A stretch of DNA of 64,000 nucleotides, taken from NCBI GenBank assembly GCA_050575255.1, contig JBNZDD010013686.1, forward strand, positions 785,769 through 849,768, read 5' to 3'. The stretch comes from Harriotta raleighana. Lineage: Eukaryota. A program made the translations under genes and the position numbers. Under the pieces are notes generated by a model, which made no database searches, was not told the origin of the DNA, and saw nothing but the letters and a program-made list of their open reading frames with translations. Positions 1 through 13,626 of this stretch are shown in pieces (positions within the stretch are counted from its first letter, which is position 1; every line of letters starts with the position of its first letter).

Positions 1-351
1 AGATTATTCAGGGTTTATCAATTTTCTATTCAATCCATTAATTCAGAGAACTGGCATTAACATCTTCTAAGAAATGAACACTTTTTATTTCCCTTCTCGC
101 ATTGATACTATGGAACTGGCATAAATGACATTGATTTAAACCATATTTCCATCTCAAACACACCATCTCAGTGAGTGATATTTTATATTTGCTTTAAAGG
201 CATGTTTTGATAGGATCAAATAAAACATGCATCCTGTTTTTTTTCAAATGTTCCACCAGTGTTCAAAAACTATAGAATGAAGAAGTGATTAGTTTAACAT
301 TAGAACATCTTTAATCTTAGTCTCTAAACCTACACTGCCAGCTCCTCTAAA

Positions 352-372
352 ACACACACACACACACACATA
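352..372. repeat. (CA)n microsatellite (others near 5715, 10327, 12650, 23864, 55532)
   Basis: Read directly from the sequence. Confidence 0.9.
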
Positions 373-1371
373 CAGTCAAGCCAGATAAACAAACAAGCTT
401 GAAGAGTAGGACATCACAGGAAGAAAAGCTGACACACAGAGAATCAGAAGAGGACATTAACAGAAGAGCAGTAAACATAGTAAGAACAGCTTTGGAAGGC
501 AAGCTGGGTGGGGAACGATCCAAAATTTTAAAGGATAAATGGGATAGATCACAAACACATACACACACAACATATATAAAACAATACAGAGTACTATACA
601 CAAGAAACTCAAATCACAAGACTAAATGTCAGATGTCTTTCACTTATAGTTTCTTTATGTACGGTACATTTGTAGCCCTCTAGGCATCACACTGAGGAGT
701 GCATAGTACTGTAATGAACCAAAAAGATTAATCAGCACTTGTAATCCTACCCCAAACTTTTTCAACAATTTTCAGCTGTTCTAATCTTCCCACCTTGTGC
801 TTGTCCCAAGTGAGTAGCACAATTAAAAAGTAACATAATTTATATTAGAAAATACTTTAATTGTTTCAATAGATAATGCTTGTATTTAATCATGTTCTTT
901 ACCCCATTAAAATATCACTTTCACAAAGCACTTCACGCAATGAGTTGATTTTAAGTACAGTGATAGCTAGGTTTGTGAACATGATTTTTAGTGGTTTTAC
1001 TAGTCCATTGTCTATAATGAAAAAAAATTAATCTCCATTTATCATCAGATATCAAAGCACATTAGAGGTTTTCCATTATAACTGAATCCTTACAGCAAAC
1101 CTGTTCTAAACACAAAGTTCTTTCAGAAGAATAATCTGTCTTTGTGCAATTCAAATCTTTGCATGACAAGGTTCACTATGATTTACCTGCAAAACAATCA
1201 CTATAATTAAAACCATTAATTACTACGTGCATTTCATTTTTGGCAAACCTTGGCAACATTTGCCAGGTTGTCTGATGCTTTGGTGCATTAAACAATGAAC
1301 TTAATCCATTTCCAGAGAAGTTATTTTTTATGTTTCAGATCAGATCTCCTCCATTTCTCACCTACTTATTG

Positions 1372-1693
1372 TAATAATAATAATCTTTGCATTTGATGTA
1401 GCGTTTTTCACGTCTTCTAGATGTGTCAAAGCGCTTCACAGAATATACTGTAAAGTGAATTGACTGTATGCAGTATTTGTGGGCGAAACGTGGCAGCCAA
1501 ATGTGGCAGCAGTGTTCCACAAACAGTCATCAATTGAAAAAGACCAATTTATTATAGTTCTTTTTTTGAACGGATTATTATTAGGGGTGTGAAATAAGGA
1601 AACTTGCCCAAGATTTCGCCCAGACCTGATTGGATTTGAAACACAGCTCTCACACTTGTAAGGCGCGAGCTGTAACCACTGAGCTGTAGGACT
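1372..1693 (-). mobile_element. tRNA-derived SINE (main family), full length
   Basis: Head with A/B-box-like motifs, body tgtttgtggaacactgctg, hairpin tail and (ATT)n end. Many homologous copies in the window. Confidence 0.9.
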
Positions 1694-3599
1694 TCCCAGC
1701 AAAATGGAGGCTACTTTGTGTGTCTCTAAGATCTTTGTGAGATCAGCAACTATTCCTTTTGGAATAGGCAATTTTATTTCCAGAATCGCATGCTGATTAA
1801 TATAATTGTTCATTTGAGTAATTTTGTTGGGTAATTTGATCACAGTGACAGCTTTCTGCAGGATGGACTCCTGTCAAACAAATGGGAGCATCTGCGGAAG
1901 TCTTCCTGAGGTAAAGTGCAAGTGTTCCATTTATACTTTTATCATTGGAAACATCTATAGGGATGCACATCAGTTCTTGTGTTACTATGGAAAAGGATAG
2001 AGGACAGATGGCATCTCATCCTTCACTAACTGCATCTCTCGTTCACTGAGCAACGAGCCTCATTGGGCTCTGAAGTACATGACCTGTTCATTCAGCAGAT
2101 TTGATTTACAAATGTATATCGTGAAGCCAAGGGATGGAGGGTTGGGGAGGGAGGGGAGGGTAGGAGGGGGGGGGGGGGCAAAAGTTGAGAATTATTTTTG
2201 TTTTGGAAAAAAAGAAGCAAAACCAGAACATGATTTGTTTTGCACATTCCAAAGTCATTAATGCCATTCCATGAAGCAAAAATGATAAAAAGTTAAAACT
2301 GCAGAATCAAACTGAATTAGAAATGCATTGTCCTGAGTTAGGTAAGACATTTGGGATTAATTTGCCAATCAGCCAAATTCAGATGATTTCCAACTATTGT
2401 TGCAAAATCTTGCAATTTCTCACTCTGACAGTGTTATAGAAGGTCATAAAGGTCTGATAATTTGATCACACAGCATTTAATTGGCCTGCTGATGGTAAAA
2501 CCTACATTGACCTAGAGGTTTCTTTCTGGCATTAGGTGGAAGACTGTATCAAACAATGAGGTAGCTCCTACCCTCTTCATGGCACATTTGAATGAGATAA
2601 CATGGGAGAAGTGGAAAGTTCTATCAGAGATAATAATAGAAATAATATTTGTAGTTGATATAGCACCTTAACAAGTCATTAAAATGTCTCAACATACTTT
2701 CCAGGAAATACTGTAAATTTGATTGACTCTTTTGTGGGCATAACAAGACAGATAATTCCATACAGCAATGCCCCACAAAGCATGTTTTTTTTAAAAAGGT
2801 AAAAATAAAACAAGCCTCTGGCCCAGGGGCCAATGGTCCATGTATTTCTAACAGAAACCATTCCTTTACATTTTACCTTCAGGGTAAAATGTTATTTTAC
2901 CCATTATCTACCAGACTTTTTTCTCTGAATTGCATTCATCTGTTACACTGATGGACGATTCGATTGCAACAAAAATCTTTGCGATCAGAATCACTAATAT
3001 TGCAGTCATCCTTATACCTGCAAGGCTTATAGTGTACACTCAGAGCATCAACCCTAGTGAAAAAGAAAAGTTTTCTTGACTTATAATTTGTATAAAATTG
3101 TCTGCGTTTAATCTCCCGAACACAGTAAGTGTGTACCAGTCTTCTGCAGCGGCATCTCATTTGAGGAGAAAATATATAATATTTTCCCAAGATTGTCAAA
3201 TAAATAATCCTTGCCTCCAATATCATCCTTGTCAAAATATCTATGTGCCTCCCAGGATTTACTGTAAAGTTGAGCAAGTGAGTGTTTGCAGGTGGATTTT
3301 GAAATAAAAAGGCAACCATTAGAGAAGCTATCTCCGATACCTTATACAGTACTGAGGGCACAGCTCTACAACAAAACAACGACGATTACAAATTACACTT
3401 GTATAGCGCCCTTCAGTTGGAAAGACATCACAGGATTACAACACATCCAGCATCCAAAAACAAGTAAAAGTGAAGATACATCTAGATGCATGGCCTTTCC
3501 CACATCTCGATACTACAAATAGTCTTCAGCCTGTCGCTGTGTGCCCCTCTCACAGTCGTATCACCAGGTGAGAACAATGGACCGGGCATATAAAAAGTA

Positions 3600-4380
3600 T
3601 GTTCTCTCAAAGTCAAAACACCACTGGATATGTCTATTGTGCACTCCCTAATTTTGCCCAACATATTGTAGCAATGTTGCTGACAAACTGGAGATAGACA
3701 TGTCATCACATTCTTCAGAAATATCCAGTGCAGCTTTCATTTTCCTCTGTGCCATGCACCAATGCCCTTTCTCATTGAGATGCAGGACAGCAATAGTGCA
3801 GAGTTGAAGGAAACAATAAAAAGCAAAGCAATGGTGAGGAGAGCAAGAAATCAAATAGGGTCGGTAATCTGGCTCCTGCAATAAGTACCATCATAGTAAC
3901 TATCCCCATTGTAAGTACGATTTAAGCCTAGAAAATGCTCTGACAATGACTCTTGCAGCTGCCAGAGTATAGTTGTTGTGACGAGCTCTTTCCTTCCTTC
4001 ATCTGTCAGTGGTTGTTCCCTGGCTTCAAAATATGCAAATGAACATCTGTTGTTTAGCAATTTTTCCTCATTTAACGCAGAGGATGAATGTGAGGCAGTC
4101 TGTGTGTCCAGCAACACTGACATCAGTCAGGGTAGACAGTATGCCTAATTGGCAGGAAAGAGAATTGGCCTCAGAAGATTCCTGGGGTTGGCATTGGTGA
4201 AATCGTGTGAGTTTCATGCAGATGGGCAACACAGAAGTGGCTTTGAAGGATCATCGGTCAGCCCAAACTGTGTAAATAGCATTAGCATTTGTTGGTGGCT
4301 CTAATAACTTTCAATAGGATTGGATTTATTAATAATGTCCATGTCTTTCTCCAACTCTGGTAGAACATCCATACGATAAA
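3600..4380 (-). mobile_element. Very old LINE reverse-transcriptase remnant (CR1/L2-like)
   Basis: Minus strand ccccaggaatcttctgaggccaattctcttt (PQGS.LGPILF-like) near 4150-4186, taccctgactgatgtc (YADDV-like) near 4119-4134, and cactattgctgtcct (HYCCP) near 3784-3798, in the expected order but heavily frameshifted. Confidence 0.4.
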
Positions 4381-4769
4381 CAAATTACAAAAGAAACTGC
4401 ATTGTTTAAATCCCTTTCATAGAAATCTGCATTGCTACTCCAAATGAATTCTCTTTTCTGAAATTAGTAGTGTTGCAGAAAGCCCTTGCAAGTTTTTGCA
4501 ATCAGCCAATTAAAGCACTTGGCAAGAACTGCAAGCGGCTGTCTTGCTTTCAATGAAAGTTATAACATTAAAAAACAAACACTTTGATCAATGCAATGCA
4601 TGTGTCAAAATGAGATAGTTTCTCACACAGCACACAGGAGTCAGGAACAAAGTAACTTCACTTTCGGCTAAGTAGAGAAAGCATTGTTGACTGTCCAGTG
4701 CCTTGGAACGTCCTCCCGACATGAAAACACATGTAATTGTGTTATATATTCTTGCTTAATGTGCTTTAA

Positions 4770-4877
4770 CAATAATATTCCTTGCATTTGTTATAGCTCT
4801 TTTTACAGCTCCTAGACTCCTCAAAGCGCTTCAGAGAATATACTGTAAAGTGAACTGAACTGTATATTTTGTGGGCT
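4770..4877 (-). mobile_element. Main SINE, 3' fragment
   Basis: ccttgcatttg...caaagcgcttcagagaatatactgtaaagtga matches the family tail. Confidence 0.85.
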
Positions 4878-5144
4878 TTATATTCTTGGAAGCAATGGGA
4901 AAATGATTTCTGAAGTAAAACAATTCAGAGGAGGAATTGTTTATACTTCACACCTCTAACGTCTTGCAGAGAGCTGTAAAAAGCTCCAGAAATGCCCAGA
5001 AACAATCTATATTCACTATTTTGGCTAGTTGTATTTTTTTTAAAAAGCATCAGGTATGGTGTGGGGGAGATTTGAATTTGTCAAAATAACAATGGTAGTA
5101 CAGAGGACAGTTATAAGGAAACAGCATGTCTGTTGGTTCGTCTA

Positions 5145-5280
5145 TTCTGAGAAAAGGTCATCAACTTGAAACATTAACCCACTTTCTTCTCTTCATAAAT
5201 GCTGCCTGGCCTGCTGAGTGGTCTTAGCTACAGTACTTCTATTTTTATTCTGATTTCCAGCATCTGCAGTATTTTGCCTT
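5145..5280 (+). mobile_element. Older, degenerate relative of the Penelope-type terminal fragment
   Basis: ttctgagaaaaggtcatcaacttgaaacattaac...atgctgcctggcctgctgagt...ttctattttt aligns to the reverse complement of 47737-47834. The hammerhead core is decayed. Confidence 0.6.
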
Positions 5281-6827
5281 ATGATTCACAAGGAGTCTGA
5301 GCAGAGTGGTGTGTCAATGTTTTTCTGTGTAAAGCTAGTTAGGGAGGATTTATTTATTGGCTAGTTTAAAATTGTACCCTTGGTCTCCACAAGCTTCCAT
5401 ACACGCAGTGAACTTCAGTTCAGTGTTAGTTAGTTTAAAAATTAATTGCATAGCTTTTGTCCATGACTGTTTGATTGCTATAGAATCCACGCTGGTGCTC
5501 TGTCTATAGCTGTTGGTTAAGCCTGACATGCATCTTATGTATTTTCATTTGTGCAGCATGCTTCACAGTTGTATTAACTCAATCAACCACCCACAAATCC
5601 AAGCCAAAAATAGAATATGAGAGTCTGTTTATGTACCTAAAACGCTCTTCAATTTTGATGTTTCTCTCCTTCAGACGATGTGTGCAATTTTATTACCTGT
5701 ATATATTACGCGTGCACACACACACACAACATGAAAACATAAAGCTCAGTTTATTAGCTGGTTGAAACAATGGTTATATTTTCATCTGAATGAAATCTCT
5801 GCAAAGTGTTTCCAGAATGCCAAATCTTGTACTGATCCAATAATTTACTATCACTTTGTAGCAGCAAATTGTTAAATGGAATAACTAATTAAAAGATGGA
5901 GGCAGGGGAGCCAGTTATTCACAACATCACCTAATCTAGATGCACTGGTTGCTGGCATCTGCTCAGAGTTTACTGAAATGCATAAAACCTACATGATAGA
6001 AAAGTATGGTTTTGAAATAGAGGCATTAGCTACGTTCTATATTCTAAATAAAAGCAAACTGGAACCATCTTCAAAGCTAATGTATTGGGTTCTAAGGTGT
6101 TTGTTTTTAAAAACAAGATTCCTTACTAAATCAACCTTATATACGTATACCAGCAATATCTGGACCAGCTCCAAAAGGCATCCCTTTATAAGGAATCCAA
6201 GTGGGAGATGTTTTCCAGTAACTAGTGGGTGGATGTTTGCCACACACTTTGAAAATAAATCATGGCAGAGTGCAGTTGCCATGAGTCGATTTGATGGGGT
6301 TCCAATTTCATTACCAAGGAATTCCATCAGAAATTGCTGCAAACGAGACCCTACTTTGTTCACATCATCTTACTTTAACAGCCACTACAATCCTTTTCTT
6401 TGGCAGGTTGGGATCTGAGTCACTGTAGTAATTTTACAAATCAGTCATTTATTCTTACTTGCTTTCTCTATGCTAGTCAATGCACCGTACATACCCAACC
6501 CTATCATTAATTCAGTTTCACAGTTCCTTTCATCTCAAATTACTCAAACGTATGATATTCGGTGAAACACAGAATATTATTTTTTGTTATTCAGGTGCTA
6601 AATTAGTGTTCATAGATGAATTGACAAGATGTAGGCACACAGGAACATAAATTAAATCTTTGACAGTTATGAGCATTGTGGTGGTGGGGGTGGTTAGGGG
6701 ATTAAAAATAATAATTTATACACAGTTCAATCAAATTATAGAATACAAGTGTTGGTATATAAAATTAAAAGTAAGTGGATTTTACTTAAATACTTTGCCT
6801 ACAAACAATCATTACACTTTAGAGGAT

Positions 6828-6992
6828 GGTCATTTCAATTCCCAACTGTTTGTGGGTCACTGCTGAGCGCAATTGGCTGCCGCGTTTCACCCACAAATAT
6901 ACAGTCAACTCACTTTACAGTATATTCTGTGAAGTGCTTTGAGACGTCTAGAAAACATGAAAAGCTCTATATCAAATGCAAGGATTATTATA
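6828..6992 (+). mobile_element. Main SINE, 5'-truncated
   Basis: Family body and tail ending atcaaatgcaaggattattat. Confidence 0.9.
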
Positions 6993-9900
6993 TTTATTAT
7001 ATTATTATATACCCTGTGAAGCACTTGGGAATGCTTTGAAAACATGGCTCAATAAATTCAGTAAATTGATACACAGGGCTTCTCTATGTATAACCTTCAA
7101 ATCAGCTTCAGTTACTACCATCTATAATACACTAGAACCAACAACAAAAATACAAGCTTACAAAAAAGCTAGAGCAATAATATGAGTTTGATCAGGTCCA
7201 AAGACATCACTTTCAATTCACTTCAGTGCTGCCACCAGGCACTAAATCAGAAACAGTGGAAGCCAACCTGGTCTTCCCTTGCCTCTCAGCAACAATGACA
7301 ATGAGCATCCCAGACTATGTATGCACAAAGGAAATATTTTGTTATGATCATTCCTGGTTTAAAAGTAGGTTTTCACTTCAATGACAAACCATTAATGGGT
7401 GATAGCATGACTCACTGCACTGTAAGGCCACTGCTTGGGAGATTCAACTGACCTTAATACTGGTGTTTTTTATGCATGTTGAAGTTGTACAAATCTACTG
7501 TGGACTTATGTTCTTGTGCTGCATGGAGTGAATTTAAGAAAACGTTTATTACACTTAGTTTAGTTCAGGAGTTAGAGAGAGAAAAAAAACTCTTTAAAAA
7601 GGCTTAAAGACCAAGCCTTTTCAGGTGTAGAGCGGCGAGCAAAGACCGCATGCAAGGCAGTCGTGATTCTTTTTAAATGGTACTTACGGGTTTAATTGGA
7701 AACATCTGCCAGAAAGTCATGTCAGATTTTTCAGTATCTGGATTTATATGTAGAAATCCTGTTGCAAAAACATTAAGCTTAATTTATTGTGCAGAGTATA
7801 GTGAATCAGCAAAAATTGATAATTGCTCTATTAATTACTTGTCGTGCCAAGCAAAGAACGACAACAGAAAGTGATATCTGTGAAGAAACCAAACACGTTG
7901 GGAAAGTAAGGATAGTATTTGTCCTCCCATTATGAAACAAGCAGAAAATATGTTTCTTTTTCATTTCCAAGCAATGTAAATGAAATCCAAATAAAGCCTG
8001 GCATTCCTGAATAAGGTTTTTTTCAGTGCTTTGGGACGTCCTCCCAACGTGAAAGGCGCTGTACAAAAGTATTTTTTTTTTGAAAAACAACACATAATAA
8101 TAGCCAAATCAGAGAGGCTGAATGACAATTCTTTGAAGAAATACCTGATAAATCCATCAGAGTTCAAAACTGGCAAAGACTTTGTTCAAACAATTGTGGA
8201 ATGAGAAATAAATTGAAAACAAGAGTTGATTAATAATTTTAGTAAAGTTGTTTTTCAGAAGACTTATTAGGAAACAGCTCAATGACATATTTTGGCTGGG
8301 TTAAAGAATGGGTCGGGAAAAAGTTCCTTCTTCAACCAGACCAATCCTATATGGCTTCCTAGTCTTGTCCATTTGCATGGCGCCAAAGTACCAAAGAAAA
8401 ATAATTGCCGATAAGAGTAGGCAGGTCAGGTTGTGGAAACTGTGATGACTTGGGAGACCGTGTCTAATAGAAACTGCTTGAAAAAACAAACATGTTAAAG
8501 CATCAATATTAGTATTCAGAAGAAACACAGGCAGTTTTGCACACCAGCTTCAAACCTCTTATGATAAGATCACCAACAATAGGAGGCAGCTATAAAAGTT
8601 TCATCTTAATCTGCCAATTTATTAGACCTTTGGATGTCAGTTTCACCTCCTATTTGCAAAATCCCTTAATACTCTTTGTAAAGCATGTTGACATAGTTGC
8701 TAAGCAAGCTAAATGGGAAATATCAAAACTTATCAAAACTTTTCTTTTTAAAACTACTGAATGAAAAAGTTCCAAAACCTTTTGTTTTAACTTGTGCAAA
8801 ACTGGAAGAAAAACATTTCCTCAATTCATTCACTGAAACATCAGGACTACAAATTACCTGCTGCTAACATTGCAGGTCTATTCTTTTTTCTTTCCTTTAG
8901 AAATGAAGGGAACATGAACCTATAGCTAGAAATAAAGTGCAGCACATCATAGTGGCTAATCCCCCTGTGCAAGTAGATACCTTCCCCTACAATAACTGTA
9001 CATTATCCACTAGAGCTCCAGGGATAAGACAGGCACATCTCTGAGATAGACCATTTGAAATTAGGCACCCGTGGGGTATTTAGCAGAATCTAAATTGTTC
9101 TGACTGGAAAGAATTTGCAATGGCTGGATAGAAGAGAAAGGGGAGGAAGACAGAATAATTCAGCTCACAGAAATTACAGAGGGAGAAAGCAGGGAATTTT
9201 ATTTTAGGAGAACTCTGCACCAAACACACATTCATTTGATGGAGAAAGTAAAGATATACTTATCCACTTAATTTTTTGCGATCCCCAAATTAGTTTTTTG
9301 GATATAAAGAGGCTGCAATTAAACATGTGAACAATCTGTGTCCCTTTCCTGATCGAGGGGTTGCATTATGGCTCATGACCATCTGAAATCTTTGTCTTAA
9401 ATCCATTGGGATTTAATGAATTAGGTAGTGCTGGGTACAACAACAACAAAATTACATTTATAGAGTGCCTTTCACGTCGGGAAGAGTTATTGTTCTTGGC
9501 TTTGCTGCAATATTAACATTGATTTATAAATATTCTTAAATAAAATTTGAGAATGAATGACAATCATAAAGGTTAAACAGCCACAAATTGAATTATTCTG
9601 TGCTTTCAAGATATCTGTGGATATAGCGGATTGATGATCTGTCTATAAACCAAACAATTCTTATACGCAAAGTTGAACAGTGCAGCTGATAATAAATAGA
9701 ATAAATGGAACGTGTTTCTTGATTCTCAATCAATAATAACAGTTCATTTCAGTACACAGCTTACTCATCAATATCTCGGCTGGTCTACTCTTGCAAGAAT
9801 CAATTGACATCACAGATCAGCAGAGAAATCATTATTATCTTGACATTGCTAAATTATCAGTTTCAGCATTTGTTTTATAAATGGAAATCTGTATGTAATA

Positions 9901-11109
9901 GAAATCCAAGGTGTTCTTATTTTATTCTGCAAAGAGTGAACCTTTTATCTTCTTGGCCTCTCAAGTGACAATGTACTCAACTTGTTCGAGATCGTCTGAT
10001 TTAATCATCTTTCGAAGAAGTGGGATCTAATGCTAAGCACCTTCTGAAGCACCTTGTCTGGGAATACAATATGAATCGTTTGCATTGAAAAATAATATGC
10101 ACATATCCCACCCATCAAAAATACATTGCCATCTTTTTATATCTTAAACGGAGTCAGGAATTCATTGTTAGGAGAATTCCTTGCCTATTTGCATGTCTGT
10201 TTTGGATTGTCTTAAGTGCAGCAATGGTTCCCGCATGGACAAGTTACCTGGCTGGCCCACAAAAATAGTGAAGTTTGAGCAAGAAAGTGGTGAGCGATAA
10301 ACCTTATTTCACTGCAGATCTCCCTTGTGTGTGTGTGTATGTGTGTGTGGAGGGGTGTGTGGGGGCGTGGATGCCAACAATCAAACAATCACCACAAATT
10401 GAATCTCTAGTCATAACATACTACAGGCAAATGCACTCCATGTTTTCACAACCTTCTGAGTGAATAATTATTTTCTAGGATAATACTGGGGACTGTTGAA
10501 TGGGTCAACTTCACTGTCAGTGTAGGATACTGCACAGTGGTTCATGTCAGACCCAAATTGAATATGATGAGACTGTAATACCTGACAAATGTGATATGAC
10601 CTATTGTGTTAGCAGATATTTTCCATCCTGCTTTCGTGATTTTTTTTTCTTACTGAATTCTATTTCACCCTGCATATTACGAACTTACAAACAGGTAAAT
10701 GGAAAGTAGAAAGTTGGAAAGGCTGAATGAAATCGTAATATGATTTTCAAGGGAGAGCTGAATTCCTGAAGGTAGCATGAGGAGAACAGAGTTTGCAGGA
10801 AGGAAAGAAACAAAAGCATAACATTCGTAGCAACGACACTCAAGAGGTGTTAAATACACCATTTTTAATGTCATTAAAGAATTTAGTTGCATTCCCAGCT
10901 TTTTTGAATAACTGTTACAAACCACATTTGAGGAACTCATTGCCCCTCAACATTCATCACCTTCCGAGGGAAAAATGCCTTCATATTCTCATAGCTTCAC
11001 ATGGCTAAAGCTCGTCTCAGCCCCCAGCTAATCAAATTCCAGAACTGGAAATACAAAGGCCCTTTCCAGCTCCAAATCGCTTTTCGACTGGAAGCAATTT
11101 CAAATCATT

Positions 11110-11630
11110 TCCAGCAAGGTGCCTGGGCCAGATGAGATGCACCTTTAAATCCTCGGGCAAATTTGAAAGCAAACAGATGTCGCTCTGATTAAAACATACA
11201 GAGGAATTGCATTTGAGAGATGGAGAATAACAAATGTTACATTGAATTCAAAAACAGGAGTGAGAAGTGAACCACAAAATTATAGCAGAGAATATGCTTG
11301 AGAACATTATTTGTGATACTATCAGTGTGCATCTGAAGAGCACAGAGGCAATGGGTAGTACTCGGCAGGATTTCAGGGGCAATAGATTGTGTTTCACTAA
11401 TCTGCTAGAATCTTTCCAGAAGGTGACCAAAGAAGTGGACGAGAGCTATTAAGCGACTATTAATTTACTTGGGATTTCTTGAAGCCATTTAATGAAGTTC
11501 CATACGTAAGAAACTTTAAAAGGCGATTAAAGCTCATGGAATGACAAATTAACTCACAGGATAGTTAACCGACTTCTAAATGGGAGGCAAACACTAAATG
11601 GAGAAGGCTTGGGCTGAAGAACTGTACTGG
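11110..11630 (+). mobile_element. Decayed CR1 LINE reverse-transcriptase fragment
   Basis: Frameshifted motifs KVPGPDEMH and FRGNRLCFTNLLESFQKVTKEVDE, plus a YLDF/KAF-like segment, typical of CR1 ORF2. Confidence 0.85.
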
Positions 11631-13327
11631 AGAGATGTATGAGATTCTATACAGTCTACTCCTATTCTCACGCTTCAAAAATCATCATCAGGAGTGCCAT
11701 TTCACTTAACAATTAAAATCTGCTCACAGTACTAAGCTCTATGACCGGTTGGCAAATAAGAAACATAAGCTTATCATTTAGTTATTTGGCTAATTAAAAC
11801 AAGTGGATTTTAATGTACGTAAATGTGACATTTGAGAGGAAGATGAGTTTTAATGTATTAGCCAGTGCTTGTGGAATTAAAAATTGAGTTGATTGTATAC
11901 TGATTATCCTCATTTGTGAATGCATTACAGATTTCAAATATAATGGCAATAAGTACAAGAGAATGGAGGTAGTCATAAACTGCAAAATTACTCTTGGATC
12001 TTCAAATTCAGATATTTAGTTAATGGCCATTATGGCTTTGATATACATAAAATAGCTGTCAGAGGGAAACTGCCAACACAAAACTACCCTGGCTTAATGC
12101 ACAACTGATCCAGTTTCACACAATATATTTTTTGACAATACCGATCGCATTCCAGAGGCCTCGATGATCTGCAATGCTGTGTTTGTGGAAGGCAACCTAT
12201 ATTCTCACCATCTAACAACTGTAGCTTAATTTATTCCTGCCAGCAAATCAGTTTTCAAGATTGAAATGATTGCCTAAACCTCTCAGTAAACCCCAGTGCA
12301 CATATTCCCAGAGGCTTTTTATTTTGCAGCCAATGCAAGCTGTTCACATGCCCTATTGCTACTGTTGGTACTGCAAACTGCAACAATTTAATCCGACCGC
12401 ACAATTTATGCAAGGGCAGGAGGAGGGGAATCACCTCATTATTTCACCTTGTTTAGATTTCTCTAAATTAACCGTATATTATTCATCACCTGTGTGGTCA
12501 CTGACTATTTGTAATATTTGCCACTAAGAGTTGCTAAAGAAAAACCTCAAAGGAGGTGGACAGGGCATCTTCCGATGTATCAGACTGAAAATTGGCTTTG
12601 AGCCAGATGTGAAAATAACTTTCTGTCAATTAGAAAAAAAATCAGTGTTGTGTGTGTGTGTGTATGCCAGGATGCTATTTTAATGTGTCATGCTGCAGCA
12701 ATTACTTTGTGTTTAAAGGAGGTATAGTTATAAATCTAGAAATACTGCATTTAGTTTAGGTTGCAAATGAAATAAGTGCATTTGGGTAGAGCACCAAGAT
12801 GTCATCACTTTCCAAAGTCGGGCTGGGGGAACTCACCTTTAGAAAAAACAAAGTGTTGAAGAGATACAAAGCTTAGAATATTTATTTTATATCTGATCAC
12901 AAAAACATTCACATTTTATCATTCAAACCTCTTTATTAAATGAGTTGCTCCCAGGGCATTTTCATCTATTCATTCTTTAGTTGTATCATTTTCTCCTGCT
13001 GAATTTGTTAAAGTGAATTAAAAATATTCATGGAAATGAACGCTTAACCTTCACATTGCTTCGCTGCTGAAATGCTGCTAGATCTCTGATGGACAACTCG
13101 CTCATTTCATCAGTTTTCCTAATTAATTTATAAATATGGGTCAAAGTTTGATCTCCTGACACCGATACAGCCACATATCTGGGCATTCACATCAATTGTC
13201 AGTCAGTTTAGAACATGCACATATGGAGTCTAGTGATCAAGTGCAGGAAACATTGTATGTACAGGTTTCAAGTTAAATGAGATGGGTGATGGAGAAGGGA
13301 TTATAGGGTGGATCAGTTCCATGAAGG

Positions 13328-13626
13328 TGGAGAACTCCACTCTCATTTCTAATGATGCCACGGGATCTTTAACATGCATCTGAACAGGCAGAGGGCATTT
13401 TAGTTTAATCTGTTGTACTGAAGCATCACTCTAGACCGGTGGTTCCCAACCTTTTTTTGCTGGGACCATAAATTGGTCACCAACAGTACCACCCGACCCT
13501 TAGGGGGCGACTGCACGACTGAAGCGCAGCTCAGCCAAGGCAATATCTCTGTGGGGTTTGAACTTACAACCAGGATATTAAATGAACTTGAATCATGGGC
13601 AAGAGTGCTACCGGCTGAGCCAGGCT
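13328..13626 (-). mobile_element. Degenerate Deu-domain SINE interrupted by a hAT-like end
   Basis: gatgccacgggatctttaacatgcatctgaacaggcagaggg (Deu-like, antisense) and head remnant gcaagagtgctaccggctgagcca. Confidence 0.6.
13437..13512 (+). mobile_element. Single end of a hAT/Charlie-like DNA transposon
   Basis: CGGTGGTTCCCAACCTTTTTT (CAGTGGTTCYCAA-type terminus) immediately after CTCTAGAC, the NTCTAGAN target preferred by Charlie elements. The other end is not seen. Confidence 0.55.

Noticed and set aside
1436-1843. 135-aa ORF and similar ORFs at 6749, 29534, 37753 and 47663
   Set aside because: They read through copies of the same non-coding SINE, so shared peptides such as HFTVYSVK are repeat artefacts.
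5978-6418. Overlapping 146-aa (+) and 108-aa (-) ORFs
   Set aside because: No recognisable domain, no convincing splice partners, and composition like the surrounding non-coding DNA.
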